Positions 10,221 through 19,494 of a stretch of DNA of 64,000 bases are shown here, piece after piece (the first letter of the stretch is position 1; every line of letters starts with the position of its first letter). The notes under the pieces are model-generated. The model did not search any database and had not been told where the DNA came from. It saw only the letters and a program-made list of their open reading frames with translations. Both the position numbers and the translations under genes were made by a program. Source of the DNA: Syntrophales bacterium (GTDB lineage: Bacteria > Desulfobacterota > Syntrophia > Syntrophales > UBA2210); NCBI GenBank assembly GCA_963666365.2, contig CAXXNF010000002.1, positions 1,984,001 through 2,048,000 on the forward strand. Reading direction: 5' to 3'.

Positions 10221-10718
10221 ATGAATCGGAACACATCGATTGTCATCCTTGGCCTTGGCAATATTCTGCTTGGCGATGAGGGATTCGGCGTTCACTTTGT
10301 ACGGTGGTTCGAAGAACGGTACCGTCTTCCCCCTGAGGTCGAAATCGTCGATGGAGGCACCCTGGGCTACCTCCTTCTCGACAATATCTGTAATTGTCGG
10401 CGCCTGATCGTTATCGACGCAATAAAGATTGATGATGCCCCCGGTTCTGTCTATCACTTTCCCGGAGAAGAAATGGCGCTTTATATGCCGCCGCCGACAT
10501 CGGCCCACGAAGTCACCTTTCCCGATGTTCTGCTCAAGGCGGAGCTTCTGAACGAATTGCCGGAAACGATGTTTATTTGCACAGCACCAAAAAACATTGG
10601 CACTATGAACCCATCATTAAGCGACAGTGCTCGCGATCGCTTTAGCACTGTTGAAGGCATACTTTTGAAAGAACTTTCTTCACGGGACATTACCGCAGAG
10701 AGGATAGAGAATGCATGA
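10221..10718 (+). CDS. Hydrogenase maturation protease (HyaD/HybD family)
   Basis: LGLGNILLGDEGFG, DGGTLG, IDAI, SAHE. Confidence 0.93.
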   Translation: MNRNTSIVILGLGNILLGDEGFGVHFVRWFEERYRLPPEVEIVDGGTLGYLLLDNICNCRRLIVIDAIKIDDAPGSVYHFPGEEMALYMPPPTSAHEVTFPDVLLKAELLNELPETMFICTAPKNIGTMNPSLSDSARDRFSTVEGILLKELSSRDITAERIENA

Positions 10719-11054
10719 GCTGTCGCTTATTAGATCAATGCTCGATATTGTCGAAGATTATGCAATTACAAAAGGATTTCACAAGGCCAACACCCTCAAT
10801 CTCTCTTTCGGGCGGCTCTCTTCTATCGACCTCAGGCCCTGACCTTTGCCTTTGAAATTCAGTCTGAGGCAACCATAGCCGAAGGCGCCCGGCTGGAATT
10901 GGAAGTGCTGCCGGCGGTTGTCTTCTGTTTCGATTGCGAGGAGGAAATCCGAACCGAGACATACAGGGGATGCTGTCCCCTCTGCGAAGGTTCGCAGATA
11001 ATTCTCACAGGGGGAATGGAAGAATTGAAATTGAAAGAAATGGATGTGGATTAG
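10711..11054 (+). pseudogene. hypA: hypA with a 1-bp deletion near 10830
   Basis: MHELSL...GRLSSID then TGA at 10840; other frame continues QALTFAFE...FCFDC...CPLCEG...LKEMDVD-TAG; total 344 nt. Confidence 0.9.
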
Positions 11055-11066
11055 GAGCAAACCATC

Positions 11067-11294
11067 ATGTGCATCGGATTCCCCGGAAAAATCATCGAGA
11101 TTGATGATAACAGGGCGATCATCGAAATAAGCGGGGTGACCCGTGAAATCTGGCTCGATCTCGTGCCCGAGGAGGTGTCCATAGGAGATTATGTCATCTG
11201 CCATGCGGGATTCGCCATTCATCGAATAGACAATGAGGCAGCGCAGGAAAAATTGAGTCTCTTTCAAGATATTATCGACAATGAATTATATTGA
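11067..11294 (+). CDS. hypC: Hydrogenase chaperone HypC
   Basis: MCIGFPGKI, GDYVICHAGFAI. Confidence 0.95.
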   Translation: MCIGFPGKIIEIDDNRAIIEISGVTREIWLDLVPEEVSIGDYVICHAGFAIHRIDNEAAQEKLSLFQDIIDNELY

Positions 11295-12378
11295 CGAATA
11301 CCGCAATCCCGCCATAGCACAGGCCCTTTTAACCCGAATTCGACACCGGGCAAAGGACTTGAAGCGCGAAATAACGCTCATGGAGGTGTGTGGGAGTCAC
11401 ACCACTGCTATCGGCCGTTTCGGAATCAGAAAACTCCTTCCCGATTCCATTCGCCTCGTCTCGGGACCGGGTTGTCCTGTCTGCGTCACCTCCATCGGCG
11501 ATGTCGACAGGGTTCTTTTTCTTGCTATCCAAACGGGGGTCATCTTTACCACCTTCGGCGATATGCTGCGCGTACCGGGCACGGAAGGGAAAAACCTTCA
11601 GACGCTGCGGGCATCGGGCGCCGATGTACGCATCCTGTCGTCGGCAACAGAGGCACTCGATATTGCAAAGGAAAATACTCAGCGAAGAATCATCTTCATG
11701 GGAATCGGGTTTGAAACAACAGCCCCTACCATAGCCCTCGTTCTTCAGATATGGAAAAAGCAACGAATCGATAATCTTTCTCTTTATTCTGTTCACAAGA
11801 TCATACCGCCTGCCATGAAGATCCTCATATCCGACAGGTCGCTTAACATTGACGGTTTTCTCTGCCCCGGACATGTGAGTACCGTGATAGGCGCAGAAGC
11901 CTATCGTTTCATCGCTGATGCTGGCAGGGCGGCCGTAATTACGGGATTTGAACCGATAGATATCCTGGAGGGCATCCTCATGATTCTTGAACAGCTTGCC
12001 GGCGGGTCCCCAGATGTTGAAATCCAATACAGTCGAGGCATGCACAAAGGGGGTAATTCAAGAGCTCTTGATGCTATGGAGACTGTGTTCGCCACGGGAC
12101 CGGCACTCTGGCGCGGGCTGGGCGAAATTCCCGAAAGCGGGCTTTTTCTCAAAGACTCTTACCGGATCTTCGATGCGCTCAACCATTTTGAGATTCCCTT
12201 CCTCAATACCGAAGAGCCGAAGGGGTGCCGTTGCGGAGATATACTCCGGGGTCTCACCGCCCCCGATCAGTGCCCCCTTTTCAGCCGCCTCTGTAATCCC
12301 GCGCACCCCATAGGGCCATGCATGGTCTCATCGGAAGGAACCTGCGCTGCCTATTATAAATATCGCGATGGGAGGTAA
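11281..12378 (+). CDS. hypD: Hydrogenase maturation protein HypD
   Basis: MEVCGSHT, GPGCPVC, PGHVS, GPCMVSSEGTCAAYY. Confidence 0.96.
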   Translation: MNYIDEYRNPAIAQALLTRIRHRAKDLKREITLMEVCGSHTTAIGRFGIRKLLPDSIRLVSGPGCPVCVTSIGDVDRVLFLAIQTGVIFTTFGDMLRVPGTEGKNLQTLRASGADVRILSSATEALDIAKENTQRRIIFMGIGFETTAPTIALVLQIWKKQRIDNLSLYSVHKIIPPAMKILISDRSLNIDGFLCPGHVSTVIGAEAYRFIADAGRAAVITGFEPIDILEGILMILEQLAGGSPDVEIQYSRGMHKGGNSRALDAMETVFATGPALWRGLGEIPESGLFLKDSYRIFDALNHFEIPFLNTEEPKGCRCGDILRGLTAPDQCPLFSRLCNPAHPIGPCMVSSEGTCAAYYKYRDGR

Positions 12379-12386
12379 CATAAGCG

Positions 12387-13049
12387 ATGAAAGTACCCGT
12401 TGTCAAAAACATTCTCGACGCAAACGACCGGATCGCCGGAGAAAACAGGTCGCTCTTCGATTCCCACGGTCTTTATGTAATCAACCTTATGAGTTCGCCC
12501 GGGGCGGGAAAGACCACCCTGGTGGAAAAGACAATTCAGGCTCTTTGGGCACGATACCGAATCGGCGTAATTGAAGGAGATATTCAGGACACCTATGACG
12601 CCGACCGGATCGCCGCCCTCGATATTCCTGTGGTGCAGATCAACACGGGGGGCGGCTGCCATATCGACGGGAACATGGTACGAGAAGCGCTCCCCGGCCT
12701 GAATCTTGCCGAATTGGATCTCCTCATCGTAGAAAACGTGGGAAATCTGGTCTGTCCCGCCGAGTTTCGGATCGGAGAGGATGTGAAAGTCATGCTGCTC
12801 AGTACGCCTGAGGGCGCCGACAAACCGGCCAAATACCCTCTCATGTTCCACGAATCGGCAGCGCTGATCATCAACAAGACCGACCTGATCCCCTATGTAG
12901 ACTTCGATATGACAACGGCAAAGAAGGCGTCCCTGGCAATCAATCCGAAGCTTGCCATATTTGAAGTGTCCTGCAAAACCGGGGAGGGCCTCGAGAAATG
13001 GTGTGCCTGGCTCGATGCACGAATCCGAAGTGCCAGAGACGCACAATAA
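12387..13049 (+). CDS. hypB: Nickel insertion GTPase HypB
   Basis: SSPGAGKT, ENVGNLVCPA, NKTDL. Confidence 0.96.
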   Translation: MKVPVVKNILDANDRIAGENRSLFDSHGLYVINLMSSPGAGKTTLVEKTIQALWARYRIGVIEGDIQDTYDADRIAALDIPVVQINTGGGCHIDGNMVREALPGLNLAELDLLIVENVGNLVCPAEFRIGEDVKVMLLSTPEGADKPAKYPLMFHESAALIINKTDLIPYVDFDMTTAKKASLAINPKLAIFEVSCKTGEGLEKWCAWLDARIRSARDAQ

Positions 13050-15317
13050 AATTATAAGAACCCGTTTTCTTTTTACGGGAACCGTCCAGGGGGTGGGGTT
13101 TCGTCCGTTCGTATACAGGATCGCCACAGCTCATAGACTTGCTGGTTTCGTAAGAAACAGTTCCGAAGGCGTGATTGTTGAGGTTGAAGGACCCGAAGGA
13201 AGAATGGAGGACTTCCTTTGCGACATGGACAAAACACCCCCCCCTGGCTCGAATTGACGGTGTAAAAAAGCCGGATCGCACTTCGCGGCGACGACTCCTT
13301 TCACATAATAGAAAGCGCCGCCACCGGCGTCCCGTCGGTCCATATCACTGCCGATACCGCCACCTGTGATGCCTGTCTCAAAGAACTCTTCGACCCCACC
13401 GACCGACGCTATCGCTATCCCTTCATCAATTGCACCAACTGCGGTCCCCGGCTTACCATCATCAGGGGCATCCCCTATGACCGTGAAAATACTTCCATGG
13501 CCTCTTTTCCTCTATGCCCTCGCTGCCGCAAAGAATATACTGATCCGGCAGACAGGCGTTTTCACGCAGAGCCGAACGCCTGTCCCGACTGCGGCCCCCA
13601 TCTGGAATTTCTCGACGCCCAGGGGACTCCTTGCGTAACTGCCGATCCAGTGGAAGAGGCGTTCAAGATCCTCTCTTCCGGCCGCATCCTTGCACTGAAA
13701 GGGCTGGGGGGGGTTCATCTTGCCTGCGACGCGATCAATGATGAGGCAGTAAGGCGTCTCAGAACACGTAAATTTCGAGAAGAAAAACCTCTGGCCGTGA
13801 TGGTGCAAGACAGTGCGGCCGCTGCGTCTTTCGTCGTTCTGAGCGAGCCGGAACGTATGCGTCTCCCCTCTCCGGAACGCCCCATCGTTATCGCAAGACA
13901 AAAGAGCGGCGTCCCACTTGCGCCATCAGTGGCCCCGGGAATGAACACCCTGGGAATTATGCTCCCCTATACGCCGCTCCATCATCTATTACTGGCCGGT
14001 CCTTTCAAGGCCCTCGTCATGACAAGCGGCAATCGAACCGACGAACCGATCGCGATCGAAAACGGCGAGGCCGTCACAAGGCTTGCGGGAATCGCCGATC
14101 GATTCCTTCTGCACAACCGGGACATCCTTGTCCGCTGCGACGACTCAATCGTAATGGAGATGGCAGGAAGGACAGTTATGGTAAGTCGTTCCCGAGGATT
14201 CGCGCCCCGTGCCGTCGAATTGCGGAAAGACTTCCCTCCCGTACTCGCACTGGGAGGCCATATGAAGACCACGATCTGTGTGACAAAAGACCGCTATGCC
14301 TTTTTCAGTCCCCATATAGGGGATATGGACACGCCCCAGGCGCGCGACTTCCATCGCGAAAGCATCGCACTGATGGAAAAGATTACCCGCTGCACACCCC
14401 GAATTATCGCCTGCGACTGTCATCCCGGCTACTACACCTCCCGTATGGCACACGAAATGAAGGATGTAGCGGTAGTGGAAGTCCAGCACCACCATGCCCA
14501 TATTGTGAGCTGCATGGCCGAAAGAGGGCTCACCGGACAGGTCATCGGCCTCGCCATGGACGGAACCGGCTACGGTACTGACGGCCATGTATGGGGTGGC
14601 GAATTTCTCTGTGCCGACGAAAGAAACTTCACGCGACTGGGCCATTTCACACATCTCCCCCTGCCCGGCGGAGAGGCGGCGGTGCGCGAACCCTGGAGAT
14701 GCGCCGCAAGTCTGCTGAAACACGCCTTTGGTAATGTATGGTCTGCCGTTGCGAAGCAACTGAATCCGTCCCTGCCTGAAAACGCCCTTTTGATGATCGA
14801 CCGGATGATGACAGAAGCCATCCAGTGTCCCCTCACTTCAAGCCTGGGACGGCTCTTTGAGGGCATAGCCGCGCTCATCGGTCTCCGCCAGAAGGCAAGT
14901 TTCGAGGGACAGGCGCCGATGGAGCTGGAAGCACTGGCCGAAAGGGGAAATCCCCGTCCCCTCCCCTTTGCAACGGCCGTCGAGGGGGATATCACCATAA
15001 TAGATATCGCGCCGGCAATTCGCGAGCTTGTGGCAAAGCGCACTGAAGGCTGCGAACCAGCGGATCTTGCCGCATCTTTCCTACAGATGGCAGTCGAGAT
15101 ATTTCTCGCACTGTCGCGGGAAATACGGCACAAGACAGGCCTCAACCGGGTCGTTCTGAGCGGGGGCTGTTTTCAGAACCGGAATCTGGTGGAAAGGACC
15201 GTCTCGGTTCTCGAAAAGTCGGGGTTCGATGTCTACACCCACTCACTGGTACCTCCCAATGACGGGGGGCTCGCTTTGGGACAGGCCGTTGTGGCCGCTG
15301 CAAAAGCGGAACAGTAA
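13015..15317 (+). pseudogene. hypF: hypF carbamoyltransferase with two frameshifts near 13237-13269; start approximate
   Basis: GTVQGVGFRPFVY in one frame, PPLARID in a second, CDAC...YPFINCTNCGPR...QHHHAH...PPNDGG in a third; shifts map to C8 and A6 runs. Confidence 0.85.
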
Positions 15318-15342
15318 AAATAATCTCGCGCTGAGCCGCCGA

Positions 15343-15390
15343 GACGCTGAGGATAAGAGAAAAAAAGTTTTTTCTCTTATCCCCTGCGTC
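15343..15390. repeat. Long intergenic inverted repeat between hypF and hypE
   Basis: GGATAAGAGAAAAAA/TTTTTTCTCTTATCC (15 bp perfect) with outer GACGC/GCGTC. Confidence 0.7.
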
Positions 15391-15435
15391 CCTGCGGGAA
15401 ATAAAATATATAAACGCGACATGAGGTAAGAGGCA

Positions 15436-16446
15436 ATGAATCACGATACCATTCTTCTCGAACACGGGGGCGGCGGTCTTCTTTCCAACACATTGATCGC
15501 CGAAACCTTTCTTCCCCTTTTTAACAATGCCTACCTGGAGCAGCTCAGAGACGGCGCCGTTTTCGATATAGGTACCAAGCGTGTCTGCTTTTCCACTGAT
15601 TCCTACGTGATCAACCCGATCTTTTTCCCGGGAGGGGATATCGGATCACTGGCCGTTCACGGCACCGTCAATGATATCGCCATGTGCGGCGGGAAACCGC
15701 TCTTTTTGAGTGCCGGCTTCATTCTTGAGGAAGGGTTTCCCATGACGGATCTCAAGAAAATTACGCAGTCCATGGCAGAGGCTGCGCATAAGGCGGGAGT
15801 CATGATCGTCACGGGCGACACCAAAGTGGTGACCCGGGGCGCCGCCGACGGCCTTTTCATCAACACATCGGGATTAGGGATCGTGGCATATCCGCAGACA
15901 CTTTCGCCTCAGGCAATAGAACCGAACGACGTGATCATCATAAACGGTACCATCGGTGATCACGGTGGTGCCGTGCTCAGCAGCCGGGAGAGGCTTCAAT
16001 TCAGCGCGCCGCTCTATTCCGATTCAGCCCCTCTGAACAGGCTTGTGGAAGAGATTCTCAGAGCAAGTCCCCGTATTAACTGCATGCGCGACGCCACACG
16101 AGGTGGACTCGGCGCTATTCTCGCCGAACTTGCAGGTCAATCCAACCGCGAACTGCGTATCGACGAGGCAGCGATACCCGTGAAAGATGAGATCAGGGGT
16201 CTTTGCGAAATACTCTGGTTCGACCCGCTCTATCTCGCCAATGAGGGGAAGATGGTAATTTTTGCAGCACCGGAAGAGGACGCCCGCATTTTACAGATCA
16301 TGAAACAACACACATACGGAAAAGATGCCGCCGTTATCGGTCACGTCGGGAAAAAAAACAGGGGACGGGTCATCATGAAAACGCTCATAGGCGGCTTCAG
16401 GGAAATCGATCTCCCCACAGGGGAACTGGCGCCCAGAATCTGTTAA
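15436..16446 (+). CDS. hypE: Hydrogenase maturation protein HypE
   Basis: HGGGG, FFPGGDIGSLAVHGTVND, MRDATRGG, C-terminal PRIC. Confidence 0.96.
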   Translation: MNHDTILLEHGGGGLLSNTLIAETFLPLFNNAYLEQLRDGAVFDIGTKRVCFSTDSYVINPIFFPGGDIGSLAVHGTVNDIAMCGGKPLFLSAGFILEEGFPMTDLKKITQSMAEAAHKAGVMIVTGDTKVVTRGAADGLFINTSGLGIVAYPQTLSPQAIEPNDVIIINGTIGDHGGAVLSSRERLQFSAPLYSDSAPLNRLVEEILRASPRINCMRDATRGGLGAILAELAGQSNRELRIDEAAIPVKDEIRGLCEILWFDPLYLANEGKMVIFAAPEEDARILQIMKQHTYGKDAAVIGHVGKKNRGRVIMKTLIGGFREIDLPTGELAPRIC

Positions 16447-16491
16447 GATACTTGTTCTTTTATGAGAGTTTGAATATAGTTTTTCGCAAAA

Positions 16492-17331
16492 TTATCGGAT
16501 CTTTTCCAAGAGTTGGTGCTTCAACAACTCTTTGACCGGCGCCGCCTGATTAAAAATCTCGTCCATTTTGCCGAAATCGAGCATGCGCACATCCTCGATC
16601 CGGGGTCTCAGGTACACATCGGGGGCACGGTACTTCATTTTCTGAGCAAGAACGGCCGACTGCATGATATCGAAGGCGCCAAGAATAGACTCAATAACCG
16701 AAGGTATCTCTTTTTTATCGGTATCTCTGTTTCTGCCTACATTCACGGCAATGGTCAGATCGCAACGATCGATGAGATGATCGTAGGGAACCAGATTCAC
16801 GGCGCCTCCGTCCACAAGCACCTTTCCCTCGAATGATACAGGGGTAAAAATACCTGGGACGGCCATGCTGGCTTGAATGGCAGGCAGCAGTTCTCCGCGT
16901 TCAAAAACGACCTCGCGGGCCTCCCAGAAGTCAGCGGCAACGACAAGGAGGGGAATTTCCAGCTCCTCGAATGTCCTTTTTCGAATCTCATCGAAGAGAT
17001 AGCCGAAAAATCGGTCCGCACTCACCAACCCTCCCTTCCCCCAGCCGGGCACGAAGGAATCGACCCACATGAGTAATTCCGTCTTTTTTTCCAGCACCTC
17101 CCGCCAGGTGTCGTCTTTAGAAATGGTATGCGATTTTACCAGTTTTCGTATCTGACCGCCAGACATCCCCGACGCATAGAGGGCGCCTATTATGGCTCCC
17201 ATACTTGTTCCCGCGATAACAGCCGGTTTCAAGCCCAATTCGTCCAGGGTTTCGAGAACCGGGATATGGGCAAGTCCTCGAACGCCGCCGCCTCCCAGCG
17301 CAAGACCGATGGTTTTTGATATTTTCTTCAT
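16492..17331 (-). CDS. Patatin-like phospholipase
   Basis: LALGGGGVRG, GTSMG, DGG. Confidence 0.9.
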   Translation of the reverse strand: MKKISKTIGLALGGGGVRGLAHIPVLETLDELGLKPAVIAGTSMGAIIGALYASGMSGGQIRKLVKSHTISKDDTWREVLEKKTELLMWVDSFVPGWGKGGLVSADRFFGYLFDEIRKRTFEELEIPLLVVAADFWEAREVVFERGELLPAIQASMAVPGIFTPVSFEGKVLVDGGAVNLVPYDHLIDRCDLTIAVNVGRNRDTDKKEIPSVIESILGAFDIMQSAVLAQKMKYRAPDVYLRPRIEDVRMLDFGKMDEIFNQAAPVKELLKHQLLEKIR

Positions 17332-17413
17332 GCTGCAGTACTCAAGCGCCGGCAATAATCCACTTTTCTATGAAGGATACATATCGCCTTTGCACTTTCC
17401 TTTGTCTGATTTT

Positions 17414-17791
17414 CTACGGTTCCATTTCCCTGACTTTTCTCTGCATTTCGTCCAGGTAGGCGTCAAGTTCCTTAATGCTTGCAAAGACCTTCAGTGACGG
17501 AAGGGCGTTGATAATATCCAACACCTTTTGTACCGGCGGTTGAAGGTTCACAAGGAGAAGGTTCCCCCCCTGATTCTTGAGATCCCGTTTCGCCTTCAGT
17601 ATGATGCGAATGCCCGCACTGCTCATGTAGTGTACAGATTCCATATCAAGCACAATTTCGGTAGGAGCATGTTTCAAAATCGTATCAATGCTTTTTTCCA
17701 GGATTGAATATGTATCTGAATCGAGTGACCCCACCGGATGTACCTTGAATACGCCTGCCCTTGTTTCCTGCTTGGTGACTGTGAGTGCCAT
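17414..17791 (-). CDS. STAS-domain anti-sigma factor antagonist
   Basis: GSLD, LDMESVHYMSSAGIR. Confidence 0.9.
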   Translation of the reverse strand: MALTVTKQETRAGVFKVHPVGSLDSDTYSILEKSIDTILKHAPTEIVLDMESVHYMSSAGIRIILKAKRDLKNQGGNLLLVNLQPPVQKVLDIINALPSLKVFASIKELDAYLDEMQRKVREMEP

Positions 17792-17902
17792 TGTATACCA
17801 TCCTTTTTTTGAATTAATATTCTTTTCGTTCTAGTTCCTTGCAACTGAAAAGAACCCCTGTCCCGCAATGTAAGGCAGGGGACTTCAATGCAGAAATGGA
17901 AA

Positions 17903-18313
17903 TCATCTGTACTTTATCATGGTGAAACGGTTTTTCCCTTCTTCGCGTCTGTAGAAGAATTTATCCATCAATCTGCGAACGATCAATATGCCATACCCTC
18001 CAATCTCATCTCTTTCATAGAAAGGCGTCTCGGTGTCGGGACGGTAATCTTTGATCGGGTCAAAGGCCTTTCCATCGTCCTCGATTTCAATGATCAGCCG
18101 ATCGTCCTGTACATCGATAGTAACGACTATGGTGTGTTCGGCATCGTCATCGTATGCATATGATATGATGTTTGTGAGAACTTCGTCAATGGCGAGGTGA
18201 AGGCTATCGACAAGATCATCAGAGATGGAATGCACATTCCCGAATTCGACGAGGTCATGAATCAAATTCTTTATTTCGCCCAGTCTGTTTTTCAGAAAAA
18301 ACCTTTTTTTCAT
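17903..18313 (-). CDS. RsbW-type anti-sigma factor kinase
   Basis: LAIDEVLTNIISYAY, DDGKAFDP, GGYGILIVRRLMD. Confidence 0.9.
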   Translation of the reverse strand: MKKRFFLKNRLGEIKNLIHDLVEFGNVHSISDDLVDSLHLAIDEVLTNIISYAYDDDAEHTIVVTIDVQDDRLIIEIEDDGKAFDPIKDYRPDTETPFYERDEIGGYGILIVRRLMDKFFYRREEGKNRFTMIKYR

Positions 18314-18321
18314 ATTTTTAT

Positions 18322-18525
18322 TTACCCTTTTAAATATCGCAGGGCCGGCACAGTTATATCATCGGATTGAGGGACTCCTTCAGAGAATGATTTCACCTGA
18401 TCACAGATTGCCTGAACCAAATCGTTTACAGTCCTGTCTTTCTGTGTGAACCGGAACAGGTTTAAAGATTGTATCAATCCCCGCAAAGCAGTTCAGCAGT
18501 CACTCCGTTCGTTGAAAACATTAAG
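18322..18525 (-). pseudogene. C-terminal remnant of a SpoIIE/RsbU-type PP2C phosphatase
   Basis: LVQAICDQVKSFSEGVPQSDDITVPALRYLKG-TAA; stops upstream in that frame; a degenerate FSTNGVT (cf. YTDGVT) in another frame. Confidence 0.7.
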
Positions 18526-18833
18526 ATCTCCCTTTTACCAAGAATATATGGTTGCAGAGTTGTAAAACAACGAAACGAGGTCAATGGCTACATATCAATT
18601 GAAATAGCGATTCGCTGTGTCAAGGTATGCTACCCTAAATACCGGAAAAGTAAAAGGTGTTTTTATTTTATGCACTTCTGCCTTTGCCTATGACGCCTGT
18701 TTTTGATACGTTTAGAAAGTTTTTCTGTCTGGGCGGACAATAAATGTCCGAATATTTAAAAAGAGAACCTGCTCCATTCATTTAATCGAAATGCCGGGGT
18801 TTCTATATTTTAAAATCACAAGGAGTATACTTA

Positions 18834-19394
18834 ATGAAAGTGATCGGTGCAATCGGCCAAAACGGTTCGGGAAAAGACGAAGTGCTGAAATATCTAAAAA
18901 CCGCCTACGGCATCCCCTTTTTTTCAACCGGCGACATGGTGAGAGAAATTGCCGCGAAGCAAGGTGTCGAACCCACGAGAGAACACCTTCGCAACATTTC
19001 CGAACGATATTTCCGCGAGAAAGGCGAGGGATGTTTTGTCAGGCTTCTGGCCGAACGTATCGCAAAAGAAGCGCCTCCTGTTGTAGGAATAAGCGGAATA
19101 CGATCGCTTACGGACGTAACGATTCTGCGCGACAGATTCGGAGCGAATTTTATCCTGATTGAGGTAACCGTCGAGGATCCGAAACTTCGCTACTCGCGCA
19201 TGGTCGCAAGGGCCGAAGAACGGGACCCCACAAGTTACGAGCAATTTCTTGCCCAGGATAAGGCAGAGGAAGAACTTTTCCACCTGGGTGCGGCAGGACG
19301 CAATGCCGATCACCGCATTGGTAATGACGGAACCCTGGCCGATCTCCAAAAAGTCATAGATACGCTGGTTAATCAGAAAGATATCCTTCGTTAA
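18834..19394 (+). CDS. P-loop nucleotide kinase, dephospho-CoA-kinase-like
   Basis: GQNGSGKD, STGDMVRE, GIRS, AD..I.NDGTL. Confidence 0.75.
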   Translation: MKVIGAIGQNGSGKDEVLKYLKTAYGIPFFSTGDMVREIAAKQGVEPTREHLRNISERYFREKGEGCFVRLLAERIAKEAPPVVGISGIRSLTDVTILRDRFGANFILIEVTVEDPKLRYSRMVARAEERDPTSYEQFLAQDKAEEELFHLGAAGRNADHRIGNDGTLADLQKVIDTLVNQKDILR

Positions 19395-19422
19395 GAAGAG
19401 GGAAAGGGTCCTCGCATAAAAC

Positions 19423-19466
19423 TCGTCGCCCCTCGCTTCCTTTCGAAAGGAAGCGGGGGGCGACGA
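19423..19466. terminator. Long hairpin between convergent genes
   Basis: TCGTCGCCCCTCGCTTCCTTT-CG-AAAGGAAGCGGGGGGCGACGA. Confidence 0.7.
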
Positions 19467-19494
19467 TAATATTTTGATATTTAACACCTTTTTA

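Noticed and set aside
10840..10842. TGA in hypA as selenocysteine
   Set aside because: Conserved HypA sequence continues in a different frame, so it is a frameshift.
18734..18750. CGGACA-N5-TGTCCG inverted repeat
   Set aside because: Single short instance; could be chance.
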